Shown here piece after piece: positions 58,339 through 64,000 of a stretch of 64,000 nt of DNA. The notes under the pieces were generated by a model, which saw only the letters and a program-made list of their open reading frames with translations, searched no databases and had not been told where the DNA came from. Each line of letters starts with the position of its first letter. Within the stretch, counting starts at the first letter, position 1. The DNA is from Elsinoe ampelina. Lineage: Eukaryota. Position numbers and translations under genes: made by a program. The stretch lies in the NCBI GenBank assembly GCA_010093995.1, contig ML992502.1, forward strand, positions 1,832,312 through 1,896,311. The letters run 5' to 3'.

Positions 58339-59421
58339 ATGCGACACCAGGACTATCATGTTGGCTGGATCTGTGCGCTCGCGACTGAGCTGGCGGCAGC
58401 AATTTCAATGCTTGATGAAGAGCACGAACCACTCGATCAGTTTCCTGGGGACGACAATAGCTACAAATGCGGGAGGATTGGCCGTCACAACGTAGTGATC
58501 GCTTGTCTCCCTGCTGGTGTCTATGGCACCACTTCGGCGGCGAACGTGGCGGGCGACATGATGCGGTCATTCCCGGGAGTTCGGATTGGATTGATGGTGG
58601 GTGTCGGTGGAGGCATCCCCACACGCAAAACCGATATTCGATTGGGTGACATCGTTGTAGGCAGGCCGACTGACACCGCAGGCGGTGTAGTGCAATTCGA
58701 TATGGGTAGAGTACGACCCGGTGGTTTTCTGCAGCCCACTGGCATGCTGAATCGACCACCTGATATCCTCCTCAACGCCCTGAACACTCTCATGGCCAAT
58801 CACCAATTAAGGGGTTCCCGTATACCTGCGATATTGCGAGAGTCTGCGGCCAACAACTCAAGGTGGCGACGAGCCAGTGCATACCCAGGCGCCAGCCAGG
58901 ATCGCCTCTTCCAGCACGACTACCACCATGTCGGGACTGACGGAGATTGTGAGAGTTGTGACCTCGATCAGCTCGTCCCCAGAAACGAGCGCGAAGATGC
59001 AGAGCCCGTTGTCCACTATGGGATCGTCGCTTCCGGTAACCAGGTCGTGAGAGACGGCGTCACTCGGGAGAAAGTCCGTCGGGAGCTGCGAGCAATGTGC
59101 TTCGAGATGGAAGCCGCCGGTCTTGTCAGCAACTTCCGTTGCCTAGTCATCCGCGGTATATGCGACTACTCGGACAGCCATAAAAACAAGGACTGGCAGC
59201 CATACGCTGCCGCAGTCGCTGCCGCGTGCGCAAAAGAGCTACTAGAATCAATCGCCCCTCAGCAGGCTGCACGCGTCCCGGAGTGGTCTGAAGGCAATCA
59301 TGTCAATGGTGGGGACCAATTTACCGTCAACAATTACGGTACTATAGGGAGTCAGGTCGGCAAGCAAACAAGTCATGGACCCATGTATTTTGGGACGGTC
59401 AACAATCATTACAGACAATAG
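58339..59421 (+). CDS. Stand-alone PNP_UDP_1 nucleoside phosphorylase effector with C-terminal N/Q/G-rich tail
   Basis: YHVGWICAL..E, IGRHNVVIACLP, SFPGVRIGLMVGVGGG, DIRLGD, VHYG.VASGN, CFEMEAAG, IRGICDYSDSHKNK.WQ.YAA; no NACHT follows. Confidence 0.95.
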   Translation: MRHQDYHVGWICALATELAAAISMLDEEHEPLDQFPGDDNSYKCGRIGRHNVVIACLPAGVYGTTSAANVAGDMMRSFPGVRIGLMVGVGGGIPTRKTDIRLGDIVVGRPTDTAGGVVQFDMGRVRPGGFLQPTGMLNRPPDILLNALNTLMANHQLRGSRIPAILRESAANNSRWRRASAYPGASQDRLFQHDYHHVGTDGDCESCDLDQLVPRNEREDAEPVVHYGIVASGNQVVRDGVTREKVRRELRAMCFEMEAAGLVSNFRCLVIRGICDYSDSHKNKDWQPYAAAVAAACAKELLESIAPQQAARVPEWSEGNHVNGGDQFTVNNYGTIGSQVGKQTSHGPMYFGTVNNHYRQ

Positions 59422-60437
59422 TATCACGACCACGAATGCGGGAACTTATTTCGCATCACTCATGAGACGGCAGCTGCCGAATGGACGGACAGCAGAGACG
59501 CGTGGGTTCGTACGCTAACGAAAATCGATGATATATGACTGAATGAAAGGGTGCTCGATGACTGAGCATCATCCATTGCCGACTCCTGACAGTGGACATG
59601 GTCCCATGTTCCTGATATGCCGATCGTGTGCCCCGACCTGCTGTAAATGAAGGTCGTTAGTTGAGAGCATAAACTAGGTAGATAGGATAGATTGATCTGC
59701 CGATAGCCGCAAGTTCCGAGCAGCCGAACCCATCTCCGTTCCAAAACGGGAGTGGAGCACGAGAAGCATTTTTCCTCCTTCCATCTCTCTCCGTCCTAAG
59801 ACTCTGTTGTCCACGATCCCATACAAATTGACAGGGATGACAGTCAAGCGAAGCAAAAGCTCTGCAGAAGCTTTGTCAGCGGGCGGTACTCAAGTACTCC
59901 TCCAAACCGCCCAGCAAAGTCTGATGACGACAAGCATTGCAGCAGCTCCTCTCATTGTTTCAGGGCCGAACCATACAAGGATTCTTGGCCTTCTGGAAGT
60001 CGCCGCGAACCCGCCGACGGAAGAAAAGGCCCTTTTTCGACCAATTATGTCCTGCATGAGGCCTTCAGCCTGTATAGCGACCCCATCCAGCCCTACAGCT
60101 AAGTATTTTAGTAACGCCGTATCCTGCTCCTCCACCAGACGCGTGTCCACCGTCCCGTTCGGTTGAACCACTCCCGCCTTCTCCCGGGCAGTTCTCATTT
60201 CCCTTTCTGCTCTGTGAAAGGATATCTAAGGTTTCATCTCAGGGCTTCAGAATGAGGAATCTGCGTTGCGTAATGCCAGCAGGGCAAGCGAGCTGTCCTG
60301 AAGCTCCAAGTCAAGTATAACTTTCTGCCCTCGTCCAACCCTTTCCTGTACCAGTCTTCACCAGATCTACATTCTTGACTTTCACTTCCGTCACTCCTTT
60401 GTCAGTTCCTCCCACTCGCAGGTCGAGCTTGCCCATC

Positions 60438-61337
60438 ATGATCTATACCACCACCCTCCTCACGGCCCTCGCGGCCTCCACCACCGCCCAAAACTGCCCC
60501 ATCTCCTTCGAAGGCCGCCCCTCCGCCACCGCCTCCCTCACCGACTTCGACAACGCCAACCTCACCACCTTCAACCCCTCCTTCGTCCTCGGCTTCCAAA
60601 CCAAATGGTCCCAAGTCCTCGCCTTCCCCCGCCAACGCACCGGCACCCTCTTCGCCAAAGCCTCCGAACACAAAGCCGTCGAACTCCGCATCAACGACGC
60701 CTCCATCTTCCAACCCAACGCCGCCGACGCCACCAGTCGCCAAACAGGCTTCCGCCGCTCCGAGTTCATCCCCGTGAAGTTCCCCAAGGCAACCGACAAC
60801 CTCGACAGCACCTCGGGCATCAAAACCTTCCACTTCAGCATCAAAGCCGTCCCCTCTCGGCCCCTCAACTACTCGCACGAATACCAACTCGCCTTCCTCG
60901 AAGACTCATCCTACAGCACGAACCAATTCGTCCTCAAGACAGGCACCATCATCGGTAGCACCACCCCTGCCGTGCCCACCCTCCAGGTGCAAACCAACCA
61001 GAAAAACGCCAGCACCATCTTCTCCGCCCCCTTTGACCAGAAGGTATGGCACAATTTCGCCCTCACGCAGGATTTCGTGGCGAATACCCTCCAGGTGTAC
61101 TATTCCACTGGGAATTCCGCGTTGGTGGCGAAGACGGGGGCCGTGGCGAACGATAATTCGGGGAACGGGGAGTTTCATTTCGGACTGCTCAAGAAGCCGA
61201 CGGGGGGCGATCCGGATGTTACGAAGAAGGGGTTCCAAAGCAGTGGCATTGATGAGAGGTTGAGCTTCGCCGGGGTGTTCCAGGAGGATAGCACGGGGGG
61301 GTGTGTGAGTTTGGGGGGGAAGGTGAGGGGGGAGTAG
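60438..61337 (+). CDS. GH131 broad-specificity beta-glucanase (no CBM)
   Basis: Signal peptide, C.I.FEGR, QTGFRRSE, KTFHFS, LNYSHEYQLAFLE, HFGLLKKP. Confidence 0.9.
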   Translation: MIYTTTLLTALAASTTAQNCPISFEGRPSATASLTDFDNANLTTFNPSFVLGFQTKWSQVLAFPRQRTGTLFAKASEHKAVELRINDASIFQPNAADATSRQTGFRRSEFIPVKFPKATDNLDSTSGIKTFHFSIKAVPSRPLNYSHEYQLAFLEDSSYSTNQFVLKTGTIIGSTTPAVPTLQVQTNQKNASTIFSAPFDQKVWHNFALTQDFVANTLQVYYSTGNSALVAKTGAVANDNSGNGEFHFGLLKKPTGGDPDVTKKGFQSSGIDERLSFAGVFQEDSTGGCVSLGGKVRGE

Positions 61338-61474
61338 AGGGCGGGGATGAATGGAGGGAAGTATGGCAATGAGAGGAAAGGAATAGAAGTTATTGTAGGT
61401 AGGTTACGTGAGTCGGTGCAAGTATGTACATAGAATCTCTTTCTCAAGCAACGCTTTCTCATCTTTTTCGACAT

Positions 61475-62650
61475 CTATACATCAGCCTGCGTCGTCGCGC
61501 CGATCGCCGCGCCAGACGTCGGCAGGAGGAAGTTACTCCCCTGCACCCTCCCATTCGACAACCTTGCTGCCTTGAGCTGTGTCGAGCTGGTGCTGGCGAA
61601 GCTGCTGTCCGACCACGACCCGCTCTGCCAGGAGTTGCCGCTTGCCTTGACCGTCGACACGGTGGTAGCCTGGGGAGACCCAGTGTTGCCCACGGCGATA
61701 TTGTTGCGCACGTTGCCGTTCGAGCTGCGGAAGACGAAGCCAGTGTCACCGTTCTTGTACGCAGTGTTGCGCTCGGCGAGGATGGCGCCGGGGTTGCCGT
61801 TGTCGATGAAGCCCTTCTTGAGGTTCTCGAAGGCGATGCTGTTGCGGACGACATGGGGAGCGGCCGGGGGGTTGCTGCTTGCGCCGCCGAGCTTGAAGCC
61901 GTTACCGTCGCCTTGGAAGTTGGAGAAGCCCCATCTGTTCACGCCGTTGCCCCAGGCGTAGACCTCCTCGATGGTCACGGCGCTTTCGAACATCCATAGG
62001 TCGAGCCCGTCGTCGACGTTCTCGTACAGCCTGCTGTTACGGATCGAGTTGCCCTCGCCCTTGCCCTCTTTGCAGGCGAAGCCGTCGGCGCTCTCGCCGT
62101 TCTTGCGTGGGTCGCGGTTGCGGTAGCTGTCGAGGTAAATGACCGTGTTGTAGGAGCTAGCACCCTGGATTTGGAAGCCGCTCTCGTAGTTGTCGTGGGT
62201 GCTGAGGCGTTCATAGTAGTTGTTGTTGGCGTCGCGGGCGTAGACGCCGTATGGGCCATTAATCAACTCAAGGTTGTAGAACTTCCAGTAGTCTGCCTTT
62301 TCAATGTGGAGGATACCGCGGTCGGCGTTAGCGAGAGAGGCATCAAGGGCAGCGGGTGTGCCCGTGAGGCTCTCGCCATCGATGATGACCTTCTCGGTAC
62401 CGTAGGAGCGGAGAGTAATGGGTGCGCTGGAGGTTCCGGACTTTGTGATCTGGATGTTCTTGGTAGGCTTGTAGGTGCCGGCACGGAGATTGATGACATC
62501 GCCTGCTTTGGCAGCATTGACGGCGGATTGGATGCTACCGAATGGAGCAGTGATGGAGCCGGTACCAGTTCCGGAGGGAGAGACGAAGATGTCGGCTGCA
62601 AGAGCCAAAGGCACCAGGGCGGAAACGAAAGGAAGCGTAGCGGAGCGCAT
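61475..62650 (-). CDS. PL9 pectate lyase (PelL-like beta-helix)
   Basis: Signal peptide, NRDPRKNGESADGFACKEG, ENVDDGLDLW, GDGNGFKLGG. Confidence 0.93.
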   Translation of the reverse strand: MRSATLPFVSALVPLALAADIFVSPSGTGTGSITAPFGSIQSAVNAAKAGDVINLRAGTYKPTKNIQITKSGTSSAPITLRSYGTEKVIIDGESLTGTPAALDASLANADRGILHIEKADYWKFYNLELINGPYGVYARDANNNYYERLSTHDNYESGFQIQGASSYNTVIYLDSYRNRDPRKNGESADGFACKEGKGEGNSIRNSRLYENVDDGLDLWMFESAVTIEEVYAWGNGVNRWGFSNFQGDGNGFKLGGASSNPPAAPHVVRNSIAFENLKKGFIDNGNPGAILAERNTAYKNGDTGFVFRSSNGNVRNNIAVGNTGSPQATTVSTVKASGNSWQSGSWSDSSFASTSSTQLKAARLSNGRVQGSNFLLPTSGAAIGATTQADV

Positions 62651-63239
62651 AGTTGCTGGCCCTACGTAGGGTTGACGATGAGTTTAAGCAAGGTTTGAGA
62701 ATATCTGGGGTGCAGTAAGGGCTGTTTGCAATGGACAGGAGATGAGATATAAAGCTACACCTACCACAGTACTGTACTTGACCCGAGCTTGAAATGCTGT
62801 GATTACTATTGCGAGCGGACAATTTACGAGCGCCCCTTACACGAATCGCCTCGTGGCTGGGCTTGTATTGCAAGATTTATTCTCCGTGGAGAGGGGTGAA
62901 GGAGGGACTTGATGGAAATGAAGCAGGACGTGGAAGCGGACTGCGTCAATCCGGGAAGGTCCACCCTGCATGTTTGACTTGGCACACACCCGACTCCACA
63001 TCTTCTTCCACCAATCTTCGTCCTTGTCACAGCCTGTCACGACCTAGATTTTCGAGCCGTCGATTCGGTACCGAGCTAATTGCGGGGGCAAGGTGGGGGT
63101 ACATGGTCAAAACATGTCTCACACGTTCAAGGGCGATATCGCCGCAGGATCTGCTGGAATGACCATCCAAAAGTCTACCCTACGAGACACTACAGAATGG
63201 TATCATCGTGGAACATAGTTACGAAGAGCGATACGTGGA

Positions 63240-64000
63240 TTACAATCTGGCCTGCGACTGATGTGACTTCGACTCTTTGTCAAGATCACGCAATTCTCGC
63301 CTCGGAATCCTCTTGCTCGTGGCCTTGCTCCAATCGACATTTTTCTTCCATGCCCAGGCCTGGTCCATGATCTCTCCATTGCTCTCGCCATTGAGCACGT
63401 TGACTACGTACTTGCCTGCCACGGGAAGAAATCTGTCACCATGTCAATATCAGCTTCGTGCATCTCGTTCGATCACTTACTTGTACCCATGAAAGCTGCC
63501 ACCTGCCACAATGAACAGATTGTTCAGCTTCTCGTGCGGATGCCTGCAAAGTAGCCAGTCTTCAGTGGGCGTCACGGCATCGTAGCAGATTCTCCAGTAT
63601 TCAGGCGTCTTGTCTCTCGTGTACTCAGCCATCACTTTGTTGAGTATCAGATCTTCCGTCTCCCTCTTGATCGATTCTGGAACGTCGTACTGGCTTCGTC
63701 CGACAGGCGGCGCAGTGATCTTCTTGCCCGAGGCCGTAGTCACGGTATTGGTGAAAGTACCGCTCGAATTGGAATACTTGATGAGGTTGTTGTCCTTTGA
63801 TGGTGGGATCACTTCGCCATGCTCGCCGAGTACGACGCACGGTAGTTCCGCGTCTGTCAACCTTTCCACGTCGGCGTCAGATACTTTATAGTATGCCGTC
63901 ACACCGCCAGTAGCTTTGACCTGCTGCTCGATCCTGTCCTGCTCGGGAATGTCTAGTGCATCCTCGAGTGGCGAAAGGGTCGCACTCGTCCAGGCTCCGA
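63240..64000 (-). CDS. 3' part of sarcosine/pipecolate/fructosyl-amine oxidase-like FAD oxidoreductase
   Basis: WRICYDAVTPTEDWL, GGSFHGYK|FLPVAGKYV across an intron; gene begins beyond the window end. Confidence 0.88.

Noticed and set aside
59807..60198. Overlapping 100-120-aa ORFs between the PNP and GH131 genes
   Set aside because: No motifs, no clear splice structure and no codon bias.
1..64000. CRISPR arrays, rRNA genes, intact tRNA genes, PKS/NRPS backbone genes
   Set aside because: None seen; the locus is eukaryotic, and the only tRNA-like signal (24333) lacks a cloverleaf.

Overview
Gene-dense, intron-containing window from a filamentous ascomycete, probably a plant-associated Dothideomycete-type fungus (short ~50-nt GT-AG introns with CTRAC branch sites, RIP-damaged transposons). 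It opens with a complete Fot1/pogo-type DNA transposon (45-1920, 43-bp TIRs, TA target duplication) nested in reverse orientation inside a related element. About 30 genes follow: a Zn2Cys6 TF/FAD monooxygenase/cupin group, glycosylasparaginase, spherulin, the CAZymes GH3, CE16, GH131 and PL9, three paralogous F-box/Cys-rich genes, YND1, OPI10, a Nudix hydrolase, RPB8, a heme-thiolate peroxidase, ELP4, SEN34, URK1, GID8 (with two candidate intronic box C/D snoRNAs), a sugar porter and a hybrid histidine kinase. The most interesting signal is at 56.0-59.4 kb. A NACHT (NLR) gene sits next to a stand-alone PNP_UDP nucleoside-phosphorylase gene, and the two share an ungapped 24-residue N/Q/G-rich motif with a QVG core, at the NLR N-terminus and the effector C-terminus. 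This is the architecture of a fungal amyloid-signalling NLR/effector pair, and I cannot match the motif to a named family. All family assignments come from motif recognition by eye; no database searches were run.
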